Positions 21,891 through 34,955 of a DNA stretch of 64,000 nt are shown here, piece after piece; position 1 is the stretch's first letter, and every line of letters starts with the position of its first letter. The position numbers and the translations under genes are program-made. Under the pieces are notes generated by a model. That model ran no database searches, was not told the origin of the DNA, and saw only the letters and a list, made by a program, of their open reading frames with translations. This stretch comes from Podarcis gaigeae. Taxonomy: Eukaryota. The stretch is from assembly GCA_964106915.2 (NCBI GenBank), contig OZ066921.1. One strand, written 5' to 3'.

Positions 21891-23529
21891 TGAAGGGAAT
21901 GTGGAAGGATAGTTGTGTCTCAGTCTGTGTATTGGTTTGCAAAGTACAAGTTAGGTAGTTTCTCATCAAAATGCAAACAAATCTTTCGACCCCGCTCCCC
22001 ACAGAGAATAATTTTTACTTATAGCAACCAATTCCTAGCCTGGATTTCTTGTGTCCCTGCTCAGTTGGAACAGAGAAACAAGTCTGCATGGACTGAAAAA
22101 GACCTCCCACCTCAGTGTCTTGTCTCTGATTTTGCGTGTGTCCTGGCTGGAAAGGGTCTTTGACACAGGGCAGGAGGGCTTCTTCTTGAACTTTGGGTTG
22201 CCTTTTCTTTGGGGTCTTGGTGCTAGTGGGGGTGGCAGGCAGCTCCTTTTCTTGGCCTGCAACCTGGCCTCAGGAGGCTTTCTCCAGCATCTGCATGCTG
22301 TCTGTGGGATCCTGGTCACAGTGTTTGCCTACAACTCATCTCTCTAATTAAAACAAAATAGGGACTAACTTTGCATAGTTATTCTGCATTCCTCCTGGCA
22401 AAAATAACTAACAGGCTTGCAGTACCTTAAAGACAAACAACTATATTATGGCGTAAATATCCGTGGAACAGAGGCTATTTTGTCAAGGAGGGTGAGTCTT
22501 AGCTGGCAGGGATGGGTGTTGAGATAAAATGGTAAAAACTGGAGATCAAATGGGAAAGAAATGCAAAAGGTATGCAGACTGTGAACATTCAGTTTAATCT
22601 TAAATGTATGCAAAATAACCCCACTGAACAACAGCAGCCGTTTGTGATGACACAGTCATCCTTGCATTGTTGAGTGTTAGCACCTGTAGTGGGACAGAAA
22701 ACCACTATTCTCTATTTCATGTACAAATGGACAGAATCAAACTGTCACACAGGCGTCCTCTCATATTCCTTTTATTGAAAAACGTCAGCTTCCTCAGGGC
22801 AGGAAATGGGACTGAACCCTCACCCAGGTTCGCTGCTGAGTAAATCTTGAGGTTTCAGAGACACAAGCCAAGGCCACAATGGTCCTTGTACAAGAAGCAG
22901 AAGAAGCAAATGAGCTCATTCGAAATGATTTTTAATTGCCTCCTGCCATCCGAGCACAAGGCTGCTGAAATGCAGGGTAGGGGGTGGACGCTGTTTTGTT
23001 CCATTTCCCCAATGTGCCCTTTCAAGAGCACAGACATGGATGAGAAAATGAAGCCCTTTAACTCTATGCCCACCATATGGACTGAAGGCGTGAGCACAAT
23101 GCCCCAGTCATCCCGCTCCCTGGGAATGCTTGGCCTTTGAGCACAGGGCAAAGGCGTCTGCAGGGAGGCCTGCACACATTTTGCCCGTCTCTCCAATCTT
23201 CACAAGGAAATCACTTTGCCCTTGCAAAGTGCTCCTTTCTTTCCGCCCACGGAGCTCAAATGCATGAACTGGAGTCCCAGTCCCAGTGGAATGCTGGGGC
23301 CACCCTCGGAAGCGGAACTGCACCTTCTCGCCTTGCTGGCTTTTTCGCTTGGCCTTCCATGGCGGATGGACAAACTGAAATTCATTAGGCAAAATGCCTT
23401 CTCCTGGTATGCAGACAAATGGTGCCCTGGAAAAAAGTGACAAGTAGAGTGAAGTGTTGCAGGCTTCTGTCCTGTCCTGTCCAACATCTTTATAAATGAC
23501 TGTTCTCATAGAGATGCCTATGGGAAGCA

Positions 23530-24112
23530 CACAAGCAGGATCTGAGCACAACACCATCCTGCCCACTTGTGATTCTCAGTAACTGGGATTCAGAGGCATA
23601 TTGCATTGGGCAGGGGAGCCAGAGTGTGGCCATTGTGGCTAGTAACTGTTGAAAGCCTTATTCCCAATGAATTTGTCTAATCCCATTTTCTAGTCATCCT
23701 TGTGGAAGGGCCATTCTATAGTTTAACTTCATTGCATGAAGAAATACTTTCTTTTAGTGTTATGAGAGAGGGAGAAAAACTTTTCTCTAACCACTTTCTC
23801 CGCTCCATGCATAATTTTATTTGCCTCCACCACGTCACCTCTTCTTCGTCTTTTCTGTCAACTAAAAAGGCTCAAACACTGCAACCTTTCCTCAGAGAGG
23901 AATCTCTCTATCGTCTTGGTCATTTTGGTTGCCATTTTCTGCAACCAAAAAAACTCAGCAATATCCTTTTGAGGTGAAGCGACCAGAATTTTACACAGTA
24001 TTGCAAATGTGGTCACACCATAAATTTGTGTAATGGCATTATGATATCAGCTGTTTTATTTTCAGTTCTTTTCCCAATCGTCCCTAAGCTTGGAATTCAC
24101 CTTTTTCATAGT
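23530..24112 (-). mobile_element. CR1 LINE RT/3' region, old
   Basis: Reverse CR1 hallmarks gaccagaattttacacagtattgcaaatgtggtc and caacctttcctca. Confidence 0.7.
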
Positions 24113-26004
24113 GGTTCCTATTTTTCTTGTGCAGCGGGTGGTACTTTCTCTTTGGGAGCATTCAGGTTGTGGTGGCTGGTGTTTTGAGGGTGGGCACTTG
24201 CTCTTGGGGGTTAATCAAGGCAGACATGATTTAATTATTTGCAATATTTACACCCCACATTCTGCCTAACAGCAGGCCTCCCAGTAAAAACTGATAAATA
24301 ATAACATAATAATAAGAAACAAAATGTTGCTTTGTTGGACCACAAGAGGAAAAAACCTATTAAAAAAACTATTAGGCCAAACCATAATAAGATCTGTAGA
24401 TGTTTTGTGGTTGATGGGAATTGTAGTCAAAACATATGAAGGGCACCAAGTTGGCAAAGACTGTTGCTTAGGTTCCTGTTGCTGCAGGTGATTGGCTTCC
24501 CCTGGTTTTGGGGGCATGTGAGCTGTTTGTGCAACTAAGCTGCACCCACACAACTGCACCAGTCCAGCTACACTACAGAGTCACTGCTGGGAAGAAATCC
24601 ATAGCTGTCAATTTTTCCCTTTTCTTGCGAAGAATCCTATTCGGAATAAGGGAATTTCCCTTTAAAAAAGGGGAACGTTGACAGCTATGAAAGATATCTA
24701 AGCCTTCTGTTCTGTAAGCTCTGCAGGCACCAAGGAAATGAAACCCCTTTGCCTCCTTAGCATAAGGGAGTTTGGTTTGGCTAGACCCATATGTAGCCCT
24801 GTCAGGCTCCTGCTTCCTTTCTCTCAGGAAGACTCTGCATGTGCTTGTGCTGGCAGATGGGGCTCCCTGCAGTGCCAGGATATCTCTTTCCCAAAGATTT
24901 TGATGCAAGCTGTGCGGTCAGAATTTTGAATGCAGTGCTGCCACTAGATGGTGCCCTTCCGATAGTCTCTAGAGGAGAGAGCTTATTATGACGATGCACA
25001 TGGGGCTGATTTCAGTGGCTAACTGCAATTCTTGAAGTTTTCCGCTTGCTTGAAGGCAGGTTTTTATGTCTGCAAAAGTGAGGTCTTGGTTGCATAGTGA
25101 GGTGGCGGGGGGCGGGGGGGGGGGAAGATGGAGGGAGGAGGGGAGGGACACATGAACTGGAAAAGCATTCCAGAGCTTTTAGGGCCGCCCTATCGCTTGA
25201 CAGGGGTCCAGTTTGTGACCTACCAATTCAAGCATTGCATAAATCAAAAGCTCACTCCAGAGGTTGCGGGGGGGGGGGCTCCTCTTGGGCCTTTAAGCCA
25301 TGCTGTGCTGTGCTGCAACAGGTACCCACGCTTAGAAGAGGGACCAGGTCTCAACATTTCCTTATCTCATTTTACAGACTGGACTGTGGGGGAACTTAGC
25401 CTGGGGGAGAATCCCCCCCCCTTTGCTATTTACTTATTGCAGCAGTAGCAGCTGTGGGAAGGGCAAAGGAGGGGCAGGAACTGCTGTGGCTTCCTCCTCA
25501 TCTTTGAGGGCAGTGCATAGATTTAAATGCACAGGGCATATTTCTGCAACCTTTCCCATAGTTGCTGGATCTGGGTTTAAAATGTGCATGGAGGATAACT
25601 TGCCTTCCTGCCTATCCCTGACTTAACAGGTAAGACTCAGAGAAAGCTGGGTGTACATGTACAGTAACTGTGGTGCACGGTGCAGAGTAGGCCTGGAGGG
25701 CAGGACTGTTGTTTATTTACATAAGTTTACATATCACTCTTCAACCATGAAAGGTTTTCCAGAGTGGCTAGGAATTCCAAAAAATTAAACTATCGCTGTT
25801 TCCACACTAAGAATTTACTGGGGACTAGCCACACAGTGTTCACTCACATTTTACAGCCATTTACATGATGTGAACAAAACATCCCTGTGTCATATTTTAC
25901 CTGTTCAGCTTCTGTTGCTGTTTTTCTTTAGAGCTGAACAGGTAAAACATGCCACAATGATGCATTTCTGTCTTGGAATTGATTCTTAAACCCTTTCTTT
26001 TTAT

Positions 26005-26103
26005 ATAGAATCATAGAATTACAGAGTTGGAAGGGACACCAAGGGTCATCTAGTTCAACCCCTGCAATGCAGGAATCTCAGCTAAAGCATCCATGACAGA
26101 TGG
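26005..26103 (-). mobile_element. CR1 3' end
   Basis: atagaatcatagaattacagagttggaagggacaccaagggtcatctagttcaacccctgcaatgcagg. Confidence 0.8.
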
Positions 26104-27140
26104 ATATAGTATTTAATTTATATCTGTTTCTTCCCCCCCATCTTGTAGTAGGGTGGGGCAGTCATGTAGCAAGGTGGAGCGAATAGTAAACTCATCTGCA
26201 CGCCCCCCATTGTCCAAACTAATATCAATCTCCCCACTCCACACCCTCATACTGTATTTAAGGCAGGGAATGAGACACTGCTCACCTGGCTGCAGCATGT
26301 TGTCTGGATTTCAGAAGTCTGGAAGCAGAGTTGCTGTTCCACTTGCAGCTTAAAGCAGAACAGCAATGATGAGGTGCTGCTCAGCTGTCCACATCTGGAA
26401 GCTCCCTAAGGCAGCAATTCAGCACAGTAAAACTTTGAAAGTAGGATAACCTGAGCAGCAGCAGATGTGAAAACTGCTTAACGTCAGTGCAAGTAAGGCA
26501 AAGTCATTTATCAACAGCATCTAAAAAGCTTGGGTAGATTAAAAGGGCTTCAGCCTGATACTGGGACGATCACAGAACTCTTTGAGGGCCACTGAAAGGC
26601 CTCAAAAGCCCCTCTGGTACTGTAGAAGCAATGTGGCAAAGATGGGCCTCTGAAGATGATCTTAAGATCTGGGCAGAAAGTTATGTGGGAGGCATGTGGT
26701 AAACCATAGGCACCAACTGCACCCAGCAGCACTCTTAAAGGTGAGCCCCACCCTTGGGTGTTCCTTCCAGAGAGACTGACTTCTAGGCCCTGACAGCTCT
26801 GCTCCTTCTTAGAAGCCACAGTTGCCCAACAGAGCTGCCTTTGATGCGGGAATAAGATATGTCAGGTGTTTGATTAGGAAGTTCAATGTTCCTAACTTTC
26901 TGGTGCTCTCTTGAGAGAGATGGAGAGAGAACTGTAGCCATCAGAGCTCCTTCCCTTGTAACCCAGGGCTCGGGAACCTCTGGTCTGCAGGCCATACTTG
27001 ACCTGCCAGGTGTTCAGATTTTGCCCGCAAAGCTGTTTCCCCCCAAACCATGCTCACCTGCCACATGCCTGATGTCCTATGTGACTGCAGGTAGAGAGGA
27101 GACTGCTGGAGCAGAATTGAGGGCCTGTACGTGTTCCCAC

Positions 27141-27503
27141 GGGATGCGGGTGGCGCTGTGGGTTAAAGCCTCAGCGCCTAGGGCTTGCCGATCGAAAGGT
27201 CGGTGGTTCGAATCCCCGCTGCGGGGTGCGCTCCCGTTGCTCGGTCCCAGCGCCTGCCAACCTAGCAGTTCGAAAGCACCTCCGGGTGCAAGTAGATAAA
27301 TAGGGACCGCTTACCAGCGGGAAGGTAAACGGCGTTTCCGTGTGCGGCTCTGGCTCACCAGAGCAGCGATGTCACGCTGGCCACGTGACCCGGAAGTGTC
27401 TTCGGACAGCGCTGGCCCCTGGCCTCTTGAGTGAGATGGGCGCACAACCCCAGAGTCTGTCAAGACTGGCCCCTACGGGCAGGGGTACCTTTACCTTTAC
27501 CTT
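27141..27503 (+). mobile_element. Sauria SINE, full length, in PLEKHG4 intron 1
   Basis: Head gggatgcgggtggcgctgtggg, (ACCTTT)n tail, perfect 13-bp TSD TACGTGTTCCCAC at 27128-27140 and 27504-27516. Confidence 0.95.
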
Positions 27504-29968
27504 TACGTGTTCCCACTGTTCTCCCTCCCTGGAGTTTAGGCTCCTACTCTCCTTCTCACCAGCTGATTATGGCATCATGTAACAGGCAATGACCAGCCTG
27601 AGTCATGTGGGAATGTCCAGCAAAGGGATGCTGACTTCACCATAAAACAGGAAGGGCAGGAACTTTTTCTGCAGGAGAGATTCAAGGGGCATTTTGTCCT
27701 TTTCCCTAGGAGAGAGCAAAGCACTCCTATTGTGGGCATCACGGCATAAAAAGTCTCTGCCAGGCTGGGCAGAGTTCTGCCAGAGATAGATCTTATGCCA
27801 CCACATGCATCATCTTCTTGGGCCTCATGAGAGTACACTGGCCAAGGTCAAGATCCAAGCAAGGAAGTCAAGCTGAAGCCTGCAGCAGTTGCCTTTGCCA
27901 ACTGGGTGCTCACTCACCCACACCAAATGTTCTTGGGCTCGAAGTCCCACCATCCCTGACTTTAATCTATGCTGGCTGCTGGGGTTGCTAGGAATTGGAG
28001 TGCTGGAACAACATCTGGAAGGCACAGTGAATCCTTGCAGGGCTTGGCTAGCTCTGTTGTAATTAAAAATAAAAATCCCATTAAGGCTCTGTCTGGCTTA
28101 GAACCTGGGCAGAGGGAGATGAGAAGAACCCCACTGTGAGATGAATTATTAAGAATAAAGATGACACGAGGTTTCTGGGAGATGGGGGCTTGCTGAAGAT
28201 TGCCCCCTTTTTACTGATCTTGCTCTTGTGCTTAAACAGTAGGCTCGACACAGTGAAATCAGGCATGTGCAGCTTCTCCCTCCCTTACCAGAAGATTCAC
28301 CCACGAAGGGTGTGTTCATATTACTGCCTTAAAGCACACTGATAGGGGTGTGGACGTCTTTCTCTGATGCATAGCTGCCCACACCTTGTCTAGAGACTAA
28401 TTAGGAATAGCTTAAGGGCTCCAATCAGTGTGAAGCTGGTTTTGAGAAGCAACGGCATCAGGCAGTAGTATCTTATAAGGAAGTACAATATTCATTTGCA
28501 TTTTTGATGATGTCTTCTGACTAAAAACCCAGCACTGGAAAGTTAATGAGTGCCCAGTAAAGGGGAATGTGGACATAAGCTTGAATGTCAATGTGTCGAG
28601 TTGTTGTTCAAGGCACAGGAGCCAGGCAGTAAAAAGTTGACAACCTTAGCCACCTTTTAATGATGATGAAGGCAATAATAATACTTTCCACTCCCCAGCA
28701 CTTTTGTATGAGAATGCCCCAGACTCAGTTCTTTCCAGAGAATAAACCGTATTTCTTTTATCTGGTAGATCCTGGGAAATACTGGAGAAAGTCCACACTC
28801 TGATAATGATATCATGGCCAAACAGTTACGGAGCAGGGAATCCCAGGTGGGGAGGGCCCTGCTGTTGCACTCAAGTCCTGTTTGCTTATGGGCCTCCCTT
28901 GGGGCATTTGGCTGGCTACGGTGAGAATTAGGTGCTTGACTAGATGAGCTCTTCTAATGTTTTTAATTATGAGTTTACTCTTTGCAGACAAAATCATTCC
29001 TCATAATTTTTCTGTCACCCCTTATGTGCACGCTTGAGCTGGCTAAAAACAGGAAACTAGTATTAAACAACCTGCTGCACAAGAAAAATAGGAACAAATT
29101 AAAGGCAATTGAGGGTGTTTGTGAAAAATATGAGAGCGCCCGCTCCCATTGGCATGTTGCTGGGGGCCTCCCACAACCTGGAATTAAGCCTGGCGGGCAA
29201 GGAGGGTTCTTGGCTTCCTGTGCCCAGTGGCATCTGAGCCAGTCTGTGCCCTACTTGCCTTTCATGTAGTGGGTGATGAACGTACTCCTGGGATAGCATG
29301 CAGGATCTCAATGGGACAAGTATGACTGGGCATTTGGCCATGAACACAATATGAATTCCAAAGGTGGAATGCAACAAATCTGCAGAGCGCATGACGGAAA
29401 ATGAAGGGCAGAAGCACCCAATTTGCCACACAATAAGTGGAACTTGTAGTTTGATCCCAACAGTGAGAGAGAATGGGCGAAAGTGGGGATGGAAAAGTTA
29501 AGGTTTTCTCCCCCCCAATCCCCCCATTTTCTAGTAGGAAATGCCAAGGAAATGCCAGAAGGATCTAGTTGAGATCCTTCTAGATCTGCAAAATCAGAGA
29601 GCTTTTACCGGTATCTCAGTAGTTGGTTGATGGCTGTCAATTCTTTGTTCACTGGACCATCTACGGGAACACATCTCATTTTTTTAACTGAGGTTTTCCT
29701 TACACTTTCCAAGGCTGGTATGCTAGGCTGATTAATAGATCAGGGAGAAACGCCTGGGGATATGTTCCCCTTTGTGTGCTTGTGCTTCATAAACGCCCAT
29801 ATTTTGGCACACGTCCCTTTCTGCACAAAGGCGTCTTTTACAAGTTGTTTAAAGTCTCCACCCTTCTTTGATCTACATGGAAATGAAGGGGCATGTGAGG
29901 TTGTTGCTGTTCGAATAGGTCTCAGAGTGGGCTGTTACTGGAGGGAACGGCCTCGCTTGCAGAAGAGG

Positions 29969-29969
<1 letters not shown>

Positions 29970-30033
<64 letters not shown>
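29970..30033. repeat. Compound microsatellite (TC)n(AC)n
   Basis: Seen directly in the sequence. Confidence 0.97.
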
Positions 30034-30268
30034 AAGCTGTGTAACGCTGAGCCACATCATTGCTCTATGTCGTGTGGGACTACTGTCTACTTTGACTGGC
30101 AGCCACTCAACAAGATTTGTGACCCTCTCAGAATGCTTCTCCTGCAATCTTTTCACTAGTTCTAAGGACTGAGCTTTGGCCCTTCTGCATAGCAAGCAGG
30201 TGCTCTAATACTGAAAATAAATCCATGGGAACATATCGGTATTCATTAGTTTTCAGGAATGCTTTAAT

Positions 30269-30522
30269 CAGGAGTCAGCAAACTTTTTCAGCAGGGGGCC
30301 GGTCCACTCTCCCTCAGACCTTGTGGTGGGCCAGACTATATTTTGAAGGGGGGGGGAGAGAAATGAGCAAATTCCTATGCCCCACAAATAACCCAGAGAT
30401 GCATTTTAAATATGACATATTCTATGCATGTAAAAAACGCTGATTCCCGGACCGTCTGCAGGCCGGATTTAGAAGGCGATTGGGCCGGATCTGGCCCCCA
30501 GGCCTTAGTTTGCCTACCCATG
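30269..30522. mobile_element. hAT non-autonomous element
   Basis: Ends CAGGAGTCAGCAAACT and AGTTTGCCTACCCATG; 8-bp TSD GCTTTAAT/GCTTAAAT (7/8); homologous to 61455-61679 in the opposite orientation. Confidence 0.85.
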
Positions 30523-33500
30523 GCTTAAATGCTTTTTTGGAGCAAGTGTCATAAAGACCCCTGGAATACTAGGATGTTGGCAGTGAAGGTCATGAAAATA
30601 AAAGGAGGCAAGATCTGGTGCTTTTGTTGATCAGCTGTTTATTTAGCTCAATATATTTCAGAGGCGTCTCCTTTGTCAGGAGCAATAGATTAAACACAGT
30701 AAAAATAATGATAAAACTCGCAGGCCAGTGACATTATTAATGGGAAAGAACACATATTGGGTGAAAGACACACACCCAAACGTGTAAGAAATCTCCTATT
30801 GCATTGTACATTTCCTCACTGGGGATGCTGCCTTGGCTTGCATTTGCGGCCAGATAACAGAGGTGCTTCCTAAGTAAACTTTTACTATGGCAGTCTTAAC
30901 CAGGGCTGGCCCAAGACATTATGGCACCTGAGGCCCTGGTTTTAACGGTACAAATTCAGTGCCTAGGAAAGAACAGAATATAGTTTGGGTGCGCTTCTAG
31001 GGCAGGGGAATAACAGCAAGATTTCCAGACTTGGATGATCTTTTTTTTTTATCAAGTGGTCTATAAATTTTCTAAATTAAAAAATTAGTACATACAAGTG
31101 AGGACAACAAAATGTTGTCAAGTATTTTGAATTATATATGTAAGAGACATTGGGTTGGTGTCTTGCATTTTTCTCAGTGTGAGATTTAAAAAATAATAAA
31201 AATGGAAAAAGCAGTGACTCATGATTGCCATGATCCTAGGCTGCAACCAAGCAGGAAAACTGATTTGATTTTTTTGTGTGGGATATTTTGCTGTACTGCA
31301 TCTGACTTCATCATTCCCCATCACCTTATTTCTTGTCAAAATGTTCACCCTATGTTTTGCAAATTATGGCTGTCAGAATAAATTGTATACATCGATGCAC
31401 AGTTATATAATGTAATTGGAGTACTAAACGCAGAGATTCTTGGCGCGGAATCTTCACTGGAATACACCCCTGAAGGCCCATCAAGAAGGGAGGGAGGCAG
31501 GCACTTTGGGCTTTGCAAAGGGGTGTGTGTTGGGGGTCAGTGACTGCTCCTTAATGAGCGAGGCATCTTGTCTGTGGGGTGGCTGATTCAGTAGATGCCG
31601 ATACCCAAGTGCCCCACCCCAGGCAGCAGCGCCCTCCATGTTTCCCCCTGAGGGGAGGGGAGACCTCTGTTAAGTTGCTGCGAGGACAATTTCCTCTGTG
31701 CCCTGTGCCACTCTGTAGGGCAGGCAGCGTGAAGGGCCTGCTGGTGGTGGCAAGGAGTGAGCCAGGACGGTTTGCCCTCCTCCATCTTGCCTGCCAAGAG
31801 GCCCTGTCCAATAGGCCAAGGAGAGGCCTGCTGGCTTCACTGTTTGGGTGGCCCCAGAGACTCAGCTGGACCAGGGAGAGAAGAAGGTGAGACTTGAGAA
31901 GACCAGCCTCATCTTCCCCTCTGTGAGCCCAGCTCCACATTTCTGCCTCTTGCCTCATATCTGAGAATCTTTCCCCTCATAGGAAAACCTATGGCAAGCA
32001 ATTAAACCATTTCCAAAGAGTGATCTGCTATCAGCAGAAAATGATGCCAGCAATTGCCAGCTGTTTATGTCAGACTTCACCCCCATTTTGTGACAGACTT
32101 TTCTCGTGCGTCCCCATTTTGTGGACCGGTGAGCCTCACTAATTTTCTGTGGGGTAGTCCAATCGTGGTATCTTGGTTGTAGTATAATATGGTGAGCGCT
32201 GAGCAACTCAGAAAGATTCAGGCACACCTCAGTCTACTTCAGATGTAAAGGAAAATGGATCCAGTAACAAGTCATGTGATGCATTGTAACCTGCTTCTTT
32301 ATAGTGTTCAGATTTTTTGTGATTTGTCTGCTCTTTGCATGCAATGGCTATAACATAGCTGTGCTTTGCAAATAGGTGAGTGATGGCTGCCAGGGTAACT
32401 AAGAAAAGTTGTGTTCTCCTTTCTAGTACAAGCTAGCCCACCTTCTCCACTGTACGTGCTAAGAGATCCCACCTAATTTCAGAACCGGGGTCTCTGCTTT
32501 ATTAGGCAGCTGGTCTTTGAAAGAGACTGCTGGGCATGGTTAGAAAAAGCAGAAAGTCCCAGGAACAACAGCTGCTAATTTCTGGCAGAGGCAATAGTTC
32601 ACACTTGCAGCCCAGGATCTCTTGTTAAGTTCTTTCTGAGGAAGAAAGTTTGCACATGGTAACTTTTATCACCTTGCTTTCATTTAATTGCATTGCATTT
32701 ATTATATTTATATCCTGTTTTTCTTCTAAGGAATTTAGGGTCCTCCCCGCACCTGCATTTCATCTTCACAACAAATTATGTGAAATCATTTTATTATTGA
32801 TGATTGATTATATTTGTTATATTTATTATACTTGTTAGTTGCTATAATTTGCCCAAGGCAACTCAAAGTGACTCACACTTTGATAGGGAGAGGATAAAGT
32901 AGGATAGACTGAGCTGCATGAAAGTCTCCAGCATTGTCACTTTGGAGGGACCGATAGACTTAAAGGCTTTCCCTGATTTGGTAAATTCAGAGATTTAACA
33001 CCTTTAAAATAAAAGTGTGACTTAGCCTCAGATGTTGAGGAAAGGGACACTCTCTGTGCTTGAAGCACATTCTGCAGAATGGGTGGTTCATCTGAATTCA
33101 TTTGGAGATGACAAGTTAATTGTTGTCAGATGTATTCGTTTTGGCAGCGAGCAGAACTGCTGAGACTGCAGGATCCTGCCTTTTGGTCTCTTTGGCACTG
33201 GTGTCACAGTGAAGGAAGCCACCCTTGCAAGAAGGGAGGTTGGCCCTTGAGCCTGCGGCCTACCCTGCTACAAAGATCACTCCCAGGAGGCCAATCTTAT
33301 GTCTTCTGAGCATGTGCGTAGATGCTACTGTACCTTTTGCTTCCATTTTAAGTCAAAAAGGCCACAATTTTCTCAATGTTCAGAATGTGGATACATATTG
33401 GGGCTCCCCTAATCTGGAGTTAGAGTTCCTATTCTTTGTGGTAGTTGAAAAGTGGGTAAGTGATGCAGTCTCCCAGAAACCTGAAGGGGGTTTGGCCCAG

Positions 33501-33648
33501 ACTACCCTCTCCTTTAGCTTTGTTTCCTTATAATGTGGGAAGAAGGCTTATTGTTTTGCTGTTTTGTTTTAATTATTTAGTTGTGTTTTTATCTTGTATT
33601 TTATTCTGTGAACCACCCTGAGGTCTTATGATGAAGGGTGTGTGAATT

Positions 33649-33649
<1 letters not shown>

Positions 33650-33693
<44 letters not shown>
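33650..33693. repeat. (TAA)n microsatellite, probably a LINE tail
   Basis: Seen directly; preceded by tgtgaaccaccctgag...gaagggtg, typical of L2-like 3' ends. Confidence 0.95.
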
Positions 33694-33694
<1 letters not shown>

Positions 33695-34757
33695 AGTATG
33701 TTCTGCTAATTCTTGCTTAAATAGCCTACCCTAGATTCCAGTAAATGCTAATAATGCAATTAAAAGAAGCAACACAATCTCATGTTTAAAATAGTAATTT
33801 ATTAAATGCTTAAATGTTTTTGCACATTTATATCATAAAATTTATTTACCACTTGATTGGAGCAAAGCAACCTTAAAGAGGTTTACGAAAAGAGTAAAAC
33901 AAAAAAATCACTGATATTAACTTTTAAAAGAGCTATTTAAAAATTATGTAAATTAGATTCCCGAGCAAGAGCTGGCTTTCTCATAAAGAAAGGTGGGCAG
34001 CTGCAGATTTCAAAGGCAGGGAGGGCACCTCCAGGCTAGGGCTGGCAGAGAGTGTGCTGTATGTTGAGAGCAGAACAGGGGACAACATGGACAATGTTCA
34101 GAAGTATAATATAAACTCTTTATGATACACTCTAGCTGGCTTTAGAAACCCAAACCCAGCTTGTGCTGGTGGTATGATGGTTCGGGCCTTCCTCTTGCTC
34201 TGCCATGCTGTCATCATGGCTCTTCTAAAGCTCTTGGCTATGGAGTCCCATTTCTAGTTGGAGTGACTGTGAGAAAACTGTACTAAACACTTTTAGCCAC
34301 TTCTTTTCCCCATACCTCCCACCCCCAATTTAGGGGAATTTTCCTTTTCCACCAGGGGACACCTTGTAAGCCTGCAGTCCTGGGAAGCCGTACCAGCAGC
34401 TTCATAAGCCCTTTTAGTCTCTCTTTTTCACTCTCTCTCTCACACACGCACACCCTGCGCACTGATATCTACAATAATAATAGTTTAGCAACAGCCCCAC
34501 CCCTGCTCAGTCAGGGGAAGGATTTTGCAGCGTAAGCTGTCTGCCGCCACTCTGTCGAGACTAGGTGAGCGCTTCATTTGCACGGTAGAGGAGCTGGGCT
34601 CGGTGGATGGCGGTGGTTCAGAATGGTGGCACAAAAAATGAAGAGGGTGGATACGTCGATGTCCTCTGCCAAGTAGCAACCTGAGTCCCGGCAGGCACAG
34701 TTTCCACCTGTTGCTCCTCCTGAGCCACTTCACGCCCTCCTCTCCTTCTCTTGGCAG

Positions 34758-34955
34758 GATTCCCAGTCCCTGGACAGTTGTATCCAGAGTACGCTCTCGG
34801 CACTCTACCCTCCATTCGAGGTCACAGCAGCCACGGTTCTGTGCCAGGTGTTTGATGTGGTGGAGAAGACATACCGTGGGGACGGCCTGCACTACCTCAT
34901 CGACTTTCTGATTCCAGCCAAGCACATCTTGCAGTGCATTCAGCAGGATGCCTGT
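34758..34955 (+). CDS. PLEKHG4: PLEKHG4 exon 2, N-terminal ARHGEF40/KIAA1755/PLEKHG4B-family domain, part 1
   Basis: Acceptor ttctcttggcag, donor gtgagt, 198 nt. [66 protein letters not shown] carries the family motifs LYPPFEATA and DFLIPAK. Not in the ORF track. Confidence 0.93.

Noticed and set aside
25101-25148. G-run cluster as a functional G-quadruplex
   Set aside because: Poly-G runs are common throughout the window and homopolymer lengths are error-prone; nothing marks this one as functional.
31579-31890. 103-aa ORF ending near the donor-like AAG|GTGAGA (31886/31887) as an alternative coding first exon
   Set aside because: No ATG in that frame, the donor is phase 2 while exon 2 needs phase 0, and the phase-0 frame has a stop at 31812 and no Met after it. 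A non-coding exon is not excluded.
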